64,000 bases of DNA from Roseibacillus sp. (GCA_051251855.1 JBPOGI010000003.1:288001-352000), one strand, 5' to 3'; shown: positions 33,288 to 43,790, counted from the stretch's first letter. Translations and numbers: made by a program. The notes: generated by a model from the sequence alone, not told the origin.

Positions 33288-33749
33288 TTATTGGATGCGG
33301 AAAAGAGGGTCCCCGTATTGAACAGGGCTAGAGTCTGCGACGCAAACTTCGATGATGGTGCCGGAGCGCTCGGCTTTGATTTCGTTCATCACCTTCATGG
33401 CTTCGATGATGCAAAGAGTTTGTCCTTCGCTGACGGCGGTGCCGACTTCGACAAAAGAGGGCGAGTCCGGAGAAGGCTTGCAGTAGAAGGTGCCTACCAT
33501 AGGGGAGGGGATTTCTTCTCCAGCGGCTGCGGGGGCGGAGGCCTCGGCAGGAGCTGCAGGGGCGGCGGCGACAGGGGCTTGAGCTGCAGCGGGAGCGCTC
33601 ATTTGCATGCCTCCAAGAGCTGCTTGAATGGCTTCAGCATCGAGTCCTTTCTTTAACTTGACGTTCACACCCTCTTCTTCGAGGTGGAAATAACTCAGCC
33701 CATGCTCGTTCATGAGCTCTACGATTTTACGAATTTCTTGCAGGTCCAC
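33288..33749 (-). CDS. accB: Biotin carboxyl carrier protein
   Basis: SPMVGTFY, EAMKVMNEI biotinylation motif, Ala/Pro linker. Confidence 0.96.
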   Translation of the reverse strand: MDLQEIRKIVELMNEHGLSYFHLEEEGVNVKLKKGLDAEAIQAALGGMQMSAPAAAQAPVAAAPAAPAEASAPAAAGEEIPSPMVGTFYCKPSPDSPSFVEVGTAVSEGQTLCIIEAMKVMNEIKAERSGTIIEVCVADSSPVQYGDPLFRIQ

Positions 33750-33874
33750 AGATTTTTCCCAATTTGGTTAGTTGGCAGAGGATAAGGGACCAAACAACGG
33801 GGTCAAGCTTGGGAAGCGACCTTGTTTCCTATCGGGAATACAAAGAAGCGGTCGCAAAAGTCGCCTTTCTGGGA

Positions 33875-35770
33875 CTATTGAGGGAGAATCTCGGCGAGAA
33901 GGGTGTCGATGTTTTCTTCGGCGATCTCGGAGTCGGGGTAGATGGCTTGGGCCTCAAGGTAGTGGGCGAGGGCGGAGGCGAGTTGGGGTTCGCGGCGGGT
34001 CTTGAGCTTTTCGGCGTTGTCGAGGGCTTTGGTGAAGTCGGCGACTTGGGGGGCGAGGAGCTCGATTTCGCGGCCAAGCTTGGGGTCGTCAGGGAATTCT
34101 TTGCGGATTTCGGCGAGTTGTTCGTAGGCACCATAGGCGGCTCCTTTTTTTGCGAACTCGGAGGCTTTGGAGATGGCGATTTCGATGCGGCGCAGATTGG
34201 TGGTGATTTCCTTGAGGGCGGCGGTGCGCTCTTCGTCTCCGCGCACGGCGAGGATGAATTCACCTTCTTCGGCGCGTTTGGCGATTTCGCGATAATTGCT
34301 CTCGGAGAGAAGGCGGTCGAAGTCGTTACGGGAGGAGACGAGCTGCGAGCTGCTGCCAACCATGTCCTTGAATTCTTGCAGCTTGGGATTGGTGGGCCAG
34401 ATGCTGGCGGCTTGCTTGATGGACTCGGCGGCCTTTTCGCTGTTCTTTGCGAGGAGGTTGGCTTTGGCATCTTCGATGGCAAGGTCGGAGGCGAGGGTGT
34501 ATCCGGCGACCGCTCCGTCAGCTTTGGCGGCGGGAAAGTCTTTGGCCATGCTCTTGAGAGAGGCGATGAGAGTTTGGGCGCGGCCGTAGTCGCGTGCCTG
34601 CATGGCGCCGTAGAGGAGGTTGAGGTCGGTGATGTAGCCTTGCACTTGGCGCTTTTTCTCGCGTGGAAGAGTGGCCACGGGGGTGAGGTATTCCCCGAGG
34701 GCGAAGGCTTCCATGAGGCGTTGGGAGGCGTTGTGGATTTCACCCCGTTCGAGGAGAAACTCGAAGGCGCTGATCGCTTTCTCGGAGTCACGAATGGCTT
34801 CGGAGGCGAGGGAGTCGAGGGTAGAAATGGTGGGGGAGGCGCCTAGAGACTCGGAAAAGAGTTTTGAGATGTCAGAGCCTTCGTCGATGCGGAGGGTGCG
34901 GTCGCCATCACGCCAAATCTGATTATAGAAGCGGGAGGCCATGAGGACGTGCTGGAAGCGGCGCTGTAGAAACCATTGTGCCATCGCGACTTGGTACTGG
35001 GTTTTGGATTGTGCCATTGCGAACTCGGTCTGGACGATGTTGGTCTTTTTGAGGGCTTCGATTTCAGCAAGGCGGCGGAGATGCTCGGCATAGCGGAGAG
35101 ATTGAATGCCGACACCAGGGGTGAGAGTTTCGGTGGTGGTGGAGCCTTTTGCTTCGGTGACCTTAGTTTCTCTGCCGAGGTCTTTAGCACGCTCGTTGCG
35201 GGCCATCTCGTCGGCGGTGTTATTGACCCTCTTGCGCTCTTGATCCATCTTGGCATTGATGAGGCGCAGGTTTCTGCCGTCCTGCTTGGCGAGCATGGCA
35301 GTGTAGATAGATTCGGCGAGGGTGGAGCAGAGGCGAGCATCGCCGGGGTAGGAGGCTGCTTGGGGGAGGAGCTTGAAGGCTTCGGCCAAGCTGGGCCCGG
35401 AATCCCGCTGGCCAGTGAGGCTGGCGAGATGCTGAGGAGAAAGAAGGTCGAGGATTTCGTCGATATCCGCGCGGTATTGCTGAGCGGCTTCGCCGTCTTC
35501 GGGAGGCTCGTTGAGGTATTTCTCAAAGCGGGCCTTAATAATGCGGCTGTCGCCAAGAGGAATGGTGACTCCAGCAACGGTGACGGTTTCGGCGGAGGGG
35601 TCGAGGAGGGGGACTTCTTGGCCGAAGGGCGATCCGCTTTCCTGTTTCTGAGAGGCGGGTGCGGTATCGGTGGGAGTGGAGGGCGCAGGCTTGGGTTCGG
35701 GAGGGGTGTAGACTTGCGCGCTGATGGGCAAGCAAAGAGAAAGCAAGAGGCCGAAAGATTTCATATTCAA
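33875..35770 (-). CDS. Secreted helical (TPR-like) hypothetical protein
   Basis: Signal peptide, Pro-rich linker, long alpha-helical body; codon bias of a real gene. Confidence 0.7.
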   Translation of the reverse strand: MNMKSFGLLLSLCLPISAQVYTPPEPKPAPSTPTDTAPASQKQESGSPFGQEVPLLDPSAETVTVAGVTIPLGDSRIIKARFEKYLNEPPEDGEAAQQYRADIDEILDLLSPQHLASLTGQRDSGPSLAEAFKLLPQAASYPGDARLCSTLAESIYTAMLAKQDGRNLRLINAKMDQERKRVNNTADEMARNERAKDLGRETKVTEAKGSTTTETLTPGVGIQSLRYAEHLRRLAEIEALKKTNIVQTEFAMAQSKTQYQVAMAQWFLQRRFQHVLMASRFYNQIWRDGDRTLRIDEGSDISKLFSESLGASPTISTLDSLASEAIRDSEKAISAFEFLLERGEIHNASQRLMEAFALGEYLTPVATLPREKKRQVQGYITDLNLLYGAMQARDYGRAQTLIASLKSMAKDFPAAKADGAVAGYTLASDLAIEDAKANLLAKNSEKAAESIKQAASIWPTNPKLQEFKDMVGSSSQLVSSRNDFDRLLSESNYREIAKRAEEGEFILAVRGDEERTAALKEITTNLRRIEIAISKASEFAKKGAAYGAYEQLAEIRKEFPDDPKLGREIELLAPQVADFTKALDNAEKLKTRREPQLASALAHYLEAQAIYPDSEIAEENIDTLLAEILPQ

Positions 35771-35916
35771 GAGAGTTAACGTTCTTAAGGCCCTATCGCC
35801 AGTCAGAAAATGTGAAGTTTCTGAAAAGAGAGATTGTGATTACTTGGAATGCTGGGCCTGTCTGAGAGGCGCTGAGGGCTTTCGCGTGGATCGTTTTGGC
35901 GGGTCGTGGACAAATA

Positions 35917-36120
35917 ATACCACTCCGAGTTTCAAAAGAGACAAATGATATTTTTTCGGCTTTTGAAATTTGCGCTTTGCGACAGCTGGAATCTGCCGGG
36001 CGCTTTTCCGAAATAGCAGCGTTTTTCCTCGGTCATGGTGCACGCACCACTTCCTCGTCATGCCTTGCTTTTTCAAAAAATCACTCCGGCATTTGTCTCT
36101 TTTGAAACTCTACTTGGTAT
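35917..36120. mobile_element. MITE-like element, 204 bp
   Basis: 31-bp terminal inverted repeats with a perfect 21-bp core GAGTTTCAAAAGAGACAAATG (35927-35947 / 36090-36110); ends ATACCA...TGGTAT. Confidence 0.7.
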
Positions 36121-36146
36121 AAAAACCCGCCAGAACTGACGGGTTA
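36121..36146 (-). terminator. Intrinsic terminator after pckG
   Basis: aaaaacccgccag-aa-ctgacgggtt. Confidence 0.65.
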
Positions 36147-36193
36147 ACGGAGTTAGAACGCCATCTCTGGCGCTTCAGTGGAGAAGCTGCCTT

Positions 36194-38020
36194 TTAAGCC
36201 AATCGCGCGGTGGCCAGCTCCTTTTGGAAGACGAGTTCCTTGGGGAGGTGGTCGTAGAGATTGAGATAGTGTTCCGCTTGGGAGGCGAGTTCGGCCTTCC
36301 ATTCTTCGGGGTCGTAGCACATGGCGGCTTCGAATTGGTCTTCGGAGAAGTTCTCGAGGTCATCAGTGTTGAAGTCGGCGAAGCGTGGGGTCCATCCGAT
36401 TTGGGTTTCGTGACCGGGGATGCGTCCGTGGCAGCGCTCGGTGATCCACTCGAGAACGCGCATGTTTTCGCCGAAGCCAGGCCAGAGGAAGTTGCCTTCG
36501 TCGTCGAGACGGAACCAGTTGACGTGGAAAAGGCGGGGCACGTTTTTGATTTGGCCACGCATATCGAGCCAGTGATGAAGATATTCGCCGGCGTTGTAGC
36601 CGATGAAGGGGAGCATGGCCATGGGGTCACGGCGGACACCAGCTTTGAGGCCGATGGCGGCGGCGGTGACTTCTGAGCCCATGGTGGCCCCGAGGTAGAC
36701 TCCGTGAGACCAGTTAAAGGCTTGAAAGACGAGTGGCATGGTGGAGGGGCGACGGCCGCCGAAGACAATGGCGGAGACGGGGACGCCGTCGGGATTTTGC
36801 CATTCGGGATCGATGGTGGGGCATTGTTCGGCGGGGGCGGTGAAGCGGGAGTTGGGATGGGCGGCAGGAGTTTCGCTCTCGGGGGTCCAGTCGTTGCCCT
36901 TCCAGTCGATGAGGTGAGCGGGCTTTTCCTTGGTGAGGCCTTCCCACCAGACGTCACCGTCGTCGGTGAGGGCGACGTTGGTGTAGATACAGTTCTCCTT
37001 CATGGAGTCCATGGCGATGGGGTTCGTCTTGTAAGAGGTGCCGGGAGCGACGCCGAAGTAGCCGGTCTCGGGGTTGATGGCGTGGAGGGAGCCATCTTCG
37101 TGTGGCCAAAGCCAGGCGATATCGTCTCCGACGATGGTGGTCTTCCAGCCCTTCTTGGCATAGCTCTCGGGCGGAACGAGCATGGCGAGATTGGTTTTGC
37201 CGCAGGCGCTGGGGAAGGCGGCGGTGAGATAGGTCTTTTCGCCTTCGGGGGACTCAAGCCCGAGGATGAGCATGTGCTCGGCCATCCAGTTGTGTTCTTG
37301 GGCGATGACGGAAGCGATGCGAAGGGCGAGACATTTTTTTCCTAACAATGCGTTGCCACCATAGCCGGATCCGTAGGACCAGATTTCGCGGGTCTCGGGG
37401 AAATGGCAGATGTATTTGTCGTCGTTGCAGGGCCAAGCGATGTCTTCTTGGCCTGGCTCGAGGGGCATTCCGGAAGTGTGGGCGCAGGGGATGAACATGC
37501 CATGGCCGTGTCGCACTTCGGGAGCGGTGCCGGCTTTCTCGTCCTCTAGTTGTTTGAGAATATGGGAGCCCATGTGGGCCATGATGCGCATGTTGACCAC
37601 GACGTAAGGTGAGTCGGTGACTTGAACCCCGATCTTAGCCAAAGGCGAAGAAGGCGGGCCCATGCAGAAGGGGATTACATACATAGTGCGGCCTTTCATG
37701 CAGCCGGTGAACTTGTCGTGCATCTTGTCGAGCATTTCGCGAGATTCGGCCCAGTTGTTGGTGGGGCCGGCTTGCACGGGGCGGCGGGTGCAGATGAAGG
37801 TGCGGTCCTCGACGCGAGCGACATCGCCTGGAGAGGAGCGGGCAAGGAAGGAGTTGGGTCTCTTCTCGGGATTAAGGCGGGTAAAGGTGCCTTTTTCAAC
37901 GAGGAGGCTGGTGAGACGGTCCCACTCCTCCTGTGTGCCAGTGCATACCTCGACGTTGTCAGGTTGGCACAGGGCGGTCATTTTTTCGATCCATTTAGCG
38001 AGAGCGGGGTGGGAAGTCAT
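36194..38020 (-). CDS. pckG: Phosphoenolpyruvate carboxykinase (GTP)
   Basis: [49 protein letters not shown]. Confidence 0.97.
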   Translation of the reverse strand: MTSHPALAKWIEKMTALCQPDNVEVCTGTQEEWDRLTSLLVEKGTFTRLNPEKRPNSFLARSSPGDVARVEDRTFICTRRPVQAGPTNNWAESREMLDKMHDKFTGCMKGRTMYVIPFCMGPPSSPLAKIGVQVTDSPYVVVNMRIMAHMGSHILKQLEDEKAGTAPEVRHGHGMFIPCAHTSGMPLEPGQEDIAWPCNDDKYICHFPETREIWSYGSGYGGNALLGKKCLALRIASVIAQEHNWMAEHMLILGLESPEGEKTYLTAAFPSACGKTNLAMLVPPESYAKKGWKTTIVGDDIAWLWPHEDGSLHAINPETGYFGVAPGTSYKTNPIAMDSMKENCIYTNVALTDDGDVWWEGLTKEKPAHLIDWKGNDWTPESETPAAHPNSRFTAPAEQCPTIDPEWQNPDGVPVSAIVFGGRRPSTMPLVFQAFNWSHGVYLGATMGSEVTAAAIGLKAGVRRDPMAMLPFIGYNAGEYLHHWLDMRGQIKNVPRLFHVNWFRLDDEGNFLWPGFGENMRVLEWITERCHGRIPGHETQIGWTPRFADFNTDDLENFSEDQFEAAMCYDPEEWKAELASQAEHYLNLYDHLPKELVFQKELATARLA

Positions 38021-38172
38021 GAGATATTGTTATCGGAGTTAGTAAGGCTTGGCAAAGAGGCTTTAGGAGCCTGACAGAGAGAGGTTAGCAAGAGGTGTGC
38101 CCACTGTCTTCGCAGGAGCTCTCGGTTAGGGAGCGTATCTTGCTTTTTGTTCTTTGCTAGAGAAGGTGGAGG

Positions 38173-38532
38173 CTATTTTGCTTGGTGTTTTTCCAAAACA
38201 GCGCGATCGACAAATTCAACCACCGAGGCGTGAGTGGCTTCTAGGATGATAGTAGGGGCGCAGTTGGCTTCGAGGGCTTCGAGCCAGCGATTGAGGCAAA
38301 GGCACCAGCGGTCTCCTGCGGTCAGACCGGGGAATTGATACTCGGGACGAGGGGTACTGAGGTCGTTGCCTTTTGCTTTGCTGAAAGTGAGAAACTCTTC
38401 AGTCATGACGGCGCAGATGGTGTGCATGCCGGTATCAGATCCGGTGGTGTTGCAGCAACCGTCGCGGAAGAATCCGGTCATGGGGTTGGTGGAGCAGGAT
38501 GCGAGTTCGGTGCCGAGGATGTTGTTGGCCAT
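38173..38532 (-). CDS. DUF2237 family protein
   Basis: PMTGFFRDGCC, GNDLSTP.PE..FPGL..GDRWCLC. Confidence 0.9.
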   Translation of the reverse strand: MANNILGTELASCSTNPMTGFFRDGCCNTTGSDTGMHTICAVMTEEFLTFSKAKGNDLSTPRPEYQFPGLTAGDRWCLCLNRWLEALEANCAPTIILEATHASVVEFVDRAVLEKHQAK

Positions 38533-38592
38533 GGGTGGTGGTTAAGATGAATTTAAATAGCGTCGAAGCCATTCATTTTTTCGGGGGAGTGT

Positions 38593-39168
38593 CTAGTCCC
38601 TGTGGGTCTCGATGAATCGTTCGACTTCTGGGGTGACGTTCGCATCGATGACCAGATGGACGCGGCGTGCCTTGCCTCCATTAGAAACAGCGTGAGGTTC
38701 ACTGAGGCGAAGATACCAGCACTCGCCTTCATGCATAGTGACAGCCGTATCATTGAGTAAAAATTCAACCTGAGGGTTGGTGTGGATGGGGACGTGCAGG
38801 CGAATGGTGCCGTCTTCGAGGGAGAGGTCGTGGTCGCAGTGCTCTTTGATTTGTGAGCCAGGCGAGAGGGACATGAGCCGAACGGATGAGAGTTCGAAGG
38901 GAAAGCTCTTCAAAACAGTTTGTAGATAGGGGCAAGTGGCAAGAAAGGGAGTATCGGCAAAGTCTTCACATGTGGGATCGGAGTAGGCCATCATCACTGG
39001 GTGCTGAGCGTGGGCCGGGCCGCGAAGAGGGAGGACATCCCAGTCGCCCTCGTAGTTTTGAGTGACGAAGTGAGCGATCCAATCTGAGTCCTCGAGAAGA
39101 GCGAGATCGTCCTGCATTTTCTTAGGTGAGAATTGGAGAGTGAGCTTAAGGCGATCGGGAAGAGTCAT
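38593..39168 (-). CDS. Aspartyl/asparaginyl beta-hydroxylase domain (2OG-Fe(II)) protein
   Basis: IKEHCD (HxD), RLHVPI, PHAVSN, RVHLVID. Confidence 0.85.
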   Translation of the reverse strand: MTLPDRLKLTLQFSPKKMQDDLALLEDSDWIAHFVTQNYEGDWDVLPLRGPAHAQHPVMMAYSDPTCEDFADTPFLATCPYLQTVLKSFPFELSSVRLMSLSPGSQIKEHCDHDLSLEDGTIRLHVPIHTNPQVEFLLNDTAVTMHEGECWYLRLSEPHAVSNGGKARRVHLVIDANVTPEVERFIETHRD

Positions 39169-39255
39169 GGCACTTTTTTAGAGTGGAAAGAGAGTCTGAA
39201 ATGACAAGGAGAAAGGAAGGTTGGATTGGTGTAGGAGAAGGGTTAGCTTGCCGGC

Positions 39256-39816
39256 ATGGCAAGCGCTTCTCTTCCTGAAATTTATTCTCGGATTTGGCAG
39301 TCGTTGCAGGAGGCGGTGACGAGTTCGGAGAGTCCGTGGCGAGTATGTTCCTTGGGGACGGTTGATAAGTATGGTCGCCCTCGGAGTCGAATGGTGGTGT
39401 TGAGAGCAGAGGATATCGAGTCACGAGAGTTGCTTGTCTTTACCGATCCGAGAACGCCAAAGTGGCAGGAGATGTTAGAGAAGCCGTTGGCGGAGGTTCT
39501 ATTTTGGAATGCTGGGGAGAAGATACAATTGCGTTGTCAGTGTTCAGTGACGCTTCACGAGGGTGATGAACTGGCGGCACGTCATCAGGCTCAGTTGCCA
39601 GTGCATATGGCGGGGGATTATGCAGCGGAGAGAGAGCCGGGCACGGTGATTGAGGAGGCGGAGCGTGGAGCCGAGTTGGGGGAGAAGTGGAACTTTGGAG
39701 TAGTGGTTTTGAAAGTGGAGGAAATGGATTGGCTGGAGCTGAGGCGCGAGGGACACCGACGGGCAGGGTTTTTCTGGAAGGGGCAGGATTGCACGATGAA
39801 TTGGTTGCAGCCGTAG
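39256..39816 (+). CDS. Pyridoxamine 5'-phosphate oxidase-like FMN-binding protein
   Basis: PRSRMVVLR, FTDPRTPK, QLR, DWLEL...HRR. Confidence 0.85.
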   Translation: MASASLPEIYSRIWQSLQEAVTSSESPWRVCSLGTVDKYGRPRSRMVVLRAEDIESRELLVFTDPRTPKWQEMLEKPLAEVLFWNAGEKIQLRCQCSVTLHEGDELAARHQAQLPVHMAGDYAAEREPGTVIEEAERGAELGEKWNFGVVVLKVEEMDWLELRREGHRRAGFFWKGQDCTMNWLQP

Positions 39817-39859
39817 ACTGGATCCTGCAAGCATTCCGTGTTACGCCTCGGTTTCCTTT

Positions 39860-40540
39860 ATGAAGCCCACCACCAATGTTGCCGAGACTCTTGCTCCCGA
39901 TGGAGCGCACTTCCGATTGATGGAGCATGATGGAGACTACTATCTCTACATGAACGACCGGCAGGTGATGAGCACGCGGTTAACTTTGTCCGAGCGCTTG
40001 TTGGCGGATATTGGGTGTGATTTTTCTGACGGGCGGAAGAACCCTCGCGTGTTAGTGGGCGGTTTGGGTTTGGGGTTTAGCTTACGGAGAGCGTTAGAAA
40101 TCACAGGGCCAGATTCGAGGGTGGACGTCGCGGAGTTACTTCCGGAGGTGGTGCGGTGGAATACGGAGCTGATGAAAGGATACAATGATGATATTTTGGA
40201 GGACAAGAGGACCCAGATCATTGTGGCGGATGTGCACGACTGCATTCGTAAGGCGGCGGAGGGTGGGGAGAAGTATGATGCGATTCTGTTAGATGTCGAT
40301 GATGGTCCGTCGTCGTTGTTGCAGCCGCAGAACTCTCAATTGTATAAGGGAGATGGCTTGGCGCTTTTGAAGGCAGCTCTGACGCCGAAGGGCCGAATTT
40401 CCTTTTGGGCGGTGGAGCGGGATAACCGCTTGTTTCGCAGTTTGAAGAAGGCAAAATTTTGGTCGGAAGAGCATCCGGCGCCCAAGCACGAAAGGGCGAA
40501 GCGGAAGGAGCATTACGTTTACCTTGCGGAGAAGAGGTAG
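39860..40540 (+). CDS. Spermidine synthase-like SAM-dependent transferase
   Basis: LVGGLGLGFSL, VAEL, DAILLDVDDGP. Confidence 0.85.
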   Translation: MKPTTNVAETLAPDGAHFRLMEHDGDYYLYMNDRQVMSTRLTLSERLLADIGCDFSDGRKNPRVLVGGLGLGFSLRRALEITGPDSRVDVAELLPEVVRWNTELMKGYNDDILEDKRTQIIVADVHDCIRKAAEGGEKYDAILLDVDDGPSSLLQPQNSQLYKGDGLALLKAALTPKGRISFWAVERDNRLFRSLKKAKFWSEEHPAPKHERAKRKEHYVYLAEKR

Positions 40541-40685
40541 TTCTTTTGGTTCTTGTTAGATGAGTCTTCTCGTTGCATGGCCCTCTGCTCTACGAAGGTG
40601 AATTCAGGAATTTTGCCGAGGTTGAATTCTACTTCAGCCGAGATGGCTGAAGGCGCCTTCGTGGGCCAGAGGCCCACGCCACAGA

Positions 40686-42059
40686 TTATTCTAACAAGAG
40701 GGTAGGGTCGTCGCTGGCGTTTTCGTCATCGAGCTCGAGGGCGGGGATGGAGGGGATTTGGCCGCCGATGATGCCTTGCATGTCGCCGTAAAGGCCGACG
40801 GTGTTTTTGACGACGCGCTCGATTTGTTTTTCGCGCTCTTTCCACTGCTTTTCCATCGCACGTTTTTCGCGGATGATCTGCAGTTGCATGGCTTCGAAGG
40901 CTTCTACGATGCCGGTGATTTTTTGCTGAAACTGGGTGCCGGCAAGATACTGATAGAGCATCTCCATTTTTTCATTTTTGCCGACGGAAGCGAGTTGCTC
41001 GCGGTTGACGACGAGGAGTTGTTCGCGGAGGGCAAGGACAAGGGAAAGAGCGGAGGCAGGGTCGGAGACCCAGACGCCATCGATGCGGCCAAAGCGCTTG
41101 ATGCTGGCGGGGAGGGCGACGGAGACGAGAATGCCGAGGACGGCGCGTTTCTCTTGCATGTCGTCCTTGAATTTGGTGAGCCAAGCGTCGCTCCAAGTCT
41201 TAGTGTTTTTGGTTTCCCAAAGGATGATGCCGCAATCTTGCGAGAGGGGGGTGCGCACGTTTTGCACGATGTCGGCACCGCGCACGCCTTTGGAGACGGG
41301 GGTGATTTCGTCGTGAGGGAATGATTGCCGGAGTTGTTCTTCGAGATCGATTTCGAGGGCCTCGCCTTGGCTTTCCATGGAGCCTTGTTCGGCCTTGCGC
41401 TTCATGTCTTCGACGGAAGTTTTGAGGCTGCGGATCATCTGGTCCTTTTCGAGCTCCTTGAGGCGGTGTTGCTCGCCGAGCTTTTCAGTGACCTCCTTGC
41501 TAATTGCTTCGCGCTCGGTGTCGAGTTTGCGTTGCATGGCGAGCTCGGCTTCCTCTTTTTCCTTGGCGAGTTCGCGTTGTTTTTTGCGGAGTTCGAGTTC
41601 TTGGTCTCGTAGGGCTTTGAGGCTGGCGTCTTTTTCGGCAGCGGATTCTTGCAACTCTTTAAGTTGAACTTGGAGTTCTTCCTTGGCTTTGGCGGTGGCC
41701 TTGGTTTCGGCTTCGGCGAGTTTGCGCTTGGAGTCTTCGCCTTGTTCTTTCAGGGAAGATTGAAGTTCTTTGAGCTGGTCGGCGTAGCGGGCTTCGAGTT
41801 TTTTGGCGGCAGCGGCTTCGAGTTGGGCGGATTGCTTCTTGAGCTCGCTGGCAACGAGTTCGTCGACGCTTTCTTGGTTTTTGGCGAGTTGGGCGGCTTG
41901 CTCTTTGAGGGCAGTGGTGCGCTTTTTGAGGTCGACCTCGCGTTGGGTGAACTCTTCCTTCAGCTTGCCTTCGAGCTGTTCGCGGATTTGGCTCTGGAGC
42001 GCGTCGGAGAGTTCAAACTGATGGTCGCAGTTTGGGCAAGTGATGGAGCCTTCGTTCAT
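40686..42059 (-). CDS. DUF2130 domain protein
   Basis: ITCPNC N-terminus, long coiled coil, QGEALE, GADIVQ, ILWETKNTK. Confidence 0.85.
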   Translation of the reverse strand: MNEGSITCPNCDHQFELSDALQSQIREQLEGKLKEEFTQREVDLKKRTTALKEQAAQLAKNQESVDELVASELKKQSAQLEAAAAKKLEARYADQLKELQSSLKEQGEDSKRKLAEAETKATAKAKEELQVQLKELQESAAEKDASLKALRDQELELRKKQRELAKEKEEAELAMQRKLDTEREAISKEVTEKLGEQHRLKELEKDQMIRSLKTSVEDMKRKAEQGSMESQGEALEIDLEEQLRQSFPHDEITPVSKGVRGADIVQNVRTPLSQDCGIILWETKNTKTWSDAWLTKFKDDMQEKRAVLGILVSVALPASIKRFGRIDGVWVSDPASALSLVLALREQLLVVNREQLASVGKNEKMEMLYQYLAGTQFQQKITGIVEAFEAMQLQIIREKRAMEKQWKEREKQIERVVKNTVGLYGDMQGIIGGQIPSIPALELDDENASDDPTLLLE

Positions 42060-42181
42060 GGAGGAAGGCTAGGGTTGGAATTTGCTGCTGGGTAGCTGAA
42101 TTGGTGACAATTCGGGCGGGGAAGATGTGTTTGGAGGTTTACCCAGCCTGAGTTGTTACCAACTCAGCTACATTGAGTTTT

Positions 42182-42874
42182 TTAAGCGGCTTCGAGAGGC
42201 GGCATGCTGCGTCTGCGCAGGAAGGCCATGAACCCTGTGATGGCGAGGAGGAGGGCGACCAGTTGGTAGCCGGAAAGGCCGAGGAAGGGCTTGGGGGTGG
42301 CGCGGAGGAATTCGTGGGCGAAGCGGAAGAGGCCGTAGCTGATGAGGTAGAGGTGGAAGTGTTGGTTAGGAAGGAAGTGGAAGCGGCGGAAATTGAAGAA
42401 GGTAAGAAAGGCGAGGAGGTTGAACGTGATTTCGACCGGGACGGAGGGCCAGTAGTTGAGGGGACCGAGTTCGCAGGCGATGCCGCGACAGCAGCCATGG
42501 TGCAGGCAGCCAAGGCGGCCGACGATGAGGGCGAGGGGGACGACAGCGGCGAAGCCGTCTCCGGTGGCTTTGTGATAGCCGAGGACTTTCTTGGCGAGTT
42601 CGACCCCGATGAAGCCGCCGAGCAACGCTCCGGTGACGGACTTGCCGGTGAGCCAGTGGAGAAGACGCTGGTCTGAGGCAGCCACGAGCCAGCCTTCAGA
42701 GAGAAGGTAGGCGAGCTTGGCTCCGATGAAGGCGCAGGCGAGGGCGGCTCCGTAGATGAGCGGAATGAGGGGGTCGCTTTTGCTACGACGAATCCAGTAG
42801 ATGGCAGATCCGATGATGCCGATGAGCATGGTCAGAGCGTAGATGGGCGAGCCTTCTGAAAGAGTTGTTGGCAC
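42182..42874 (-). CDS. Atypical prolipoprotein diacylglyceryl transferase (Lgt) family paralog
   Basis: Multi-TM; GRLGC..GCC.G, WPSVPVE, YGLFRFAHEFLR; GTG start inferred. Confidence 0.85.
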   Translation of the reverse strand: MPTTLSEGSPIYALTMLIGIIGSAIYWIRRSKSDPLIPLIYGAALACAFIGAKLAYLLSEGWLVAASDQRLLHWLTGKSVTGALLGGFIGVELAKKVLGYHKATGDGFAAVVPLALIVGRLGCLHHGCCRGIACELGPLNYWPSVPVEITFNLLAFLTFFNFRRFHFLPNQHFHLYLISYGLFRFAHEFLRATPKPFLGLSGYQLVALLLAITGFMAFLRRRSMPPLEAA

Positions 42875-42887
42875 GAAGTTTTCGATT

Positions 42888-43211
42888 CTAGTTAGAAATA
42901 GAAAAAGCCAAGCAGCCGTAACTGCCTGCACTGAGGCAGAAGAGGACCTCGACAAAGGGGTAACCAATCGCGCACAAGGTCATTTGCCGACCTCGAAGGC
43001 GTTTTGAAAGATTTCTGCCAAAGTAACCCCAGCAGATGAAGATGGAAAGGAGGAGGATGACCCCAGTCCAGTCAGAAAAAGCGGAGGATTGAATCTTGGT
43101 TGAGAGGAAGAGAAGGAGAATAGTGAGAAAGGGCGGGGCCAGAAGAGAAATCCAGAGACCCTTCGTGCTGAAGCCTTCGTAGAGGAGAGGGCCTGGGGTG
43201 GGTTCGGTCAT
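42888..43211 (-). CDS. 3-TM membrane protein with a C-terminal YGC
   Basis: Pro-rich N-terminus, three hydrophobic helices, ends ...CLSAGSYGCLAFSISN; ATGA overlap with the upstream gene. Confidence 0.75.
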   Translation of the reverse strand: MTEPTPGPLLYEGFSTKGLWISLLAPPFLTILLLFLSTKIQSSAFSDWTGVILLLSIFICWGYFGRNLSKRLRGRQMTLCAIGYPFVEVLFCLSAGSYGCLAFSISN

Positions 43212-43735
43212 TCGAGTTCCGCTGGTTCAGAAAGGGTGGTGGGACCATCGATTGGTTCTTCGACTGATTGAAGGTCGTGTCCGGTGCCTTTGATCGCTTC
43301 TTCCATTCTCTGCCTGGCTTCTTCTAATTCGACAGGATCGATGGGGTCTTCTCTGGCGCGTCTTTCTTGCTCTTCCACCCAGCTGTCGGGGGCGCTGTGT
43401 CCCCAGTTGCCTTCCCACGAAGTGAGGCAGCCGAAAAAGAAAAGGGTGACGCAGATGGCGGCTTGCACAAGGGGATAGGCGATGAGGCAGATCACATATC
43501 CCGCAGTTGGCATCCGCTTGAAGAGCGCGAAACCGAAAAGAATCCATCCTGCGATGACGGCAAGACTGCCTAAAATAATGGAAGTCGAGATGAAGTCGAA
43601 TTTGAGATGAGCAAAGGCGAGGCCGGTTAGGAGAGCCATCAAAGCGATGGGTCCCATGAGAGCAAGCCAGAGAAGCTTGTGGTTGATTTTTTTCCTCTCG
43701 GGAAGGCTGGGTGGGTTTGCGAGTTGTTCGTTCAC
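43208..43735 (-). CDS. 3-TM membrane protein with FGC and an acidic C-terminal tail
   Basis: GTG start (VNEQLANPP); three helices; CLIAYPLVQAAICVTLFFFGCL aligns with the neighbour. Confidence 0.75.
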   Translation of the reverse strand: MNEQLANPPSLPERKKINHKLLWLALMGPIALMALLTGLAFAHLKFDFISTSIILGSLAVIAGWILFGFALFKRMPTAGYVICLIAYPLVQAAICVTLFFFGCLTSWEGNWGHSAPDSWVEEQERRAREDPIDPVELEEARQRMEEAIKGTGHDLQSVEEPIDGPTTLSEPAELE

Positions 43736-43790
43736 GGGAGGAATTCTATCGGCTAAAAATGGAGTTGGCGAGGTCTCGGTGTGCAGGAAT

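Noticed and set aside
33829..34791. Pro/Ser/Thr-rich 320-aa ORF and similar alternative-frame ORFs
   Set aside because: Frame-shifted reading of real genes; the composition is a codon-bias artefact
38593..39168. Hydroxylase as part of a peptide-modification cluster
   Set aside because: No PqqD, sulfotransferase or precursor gene is adjacent
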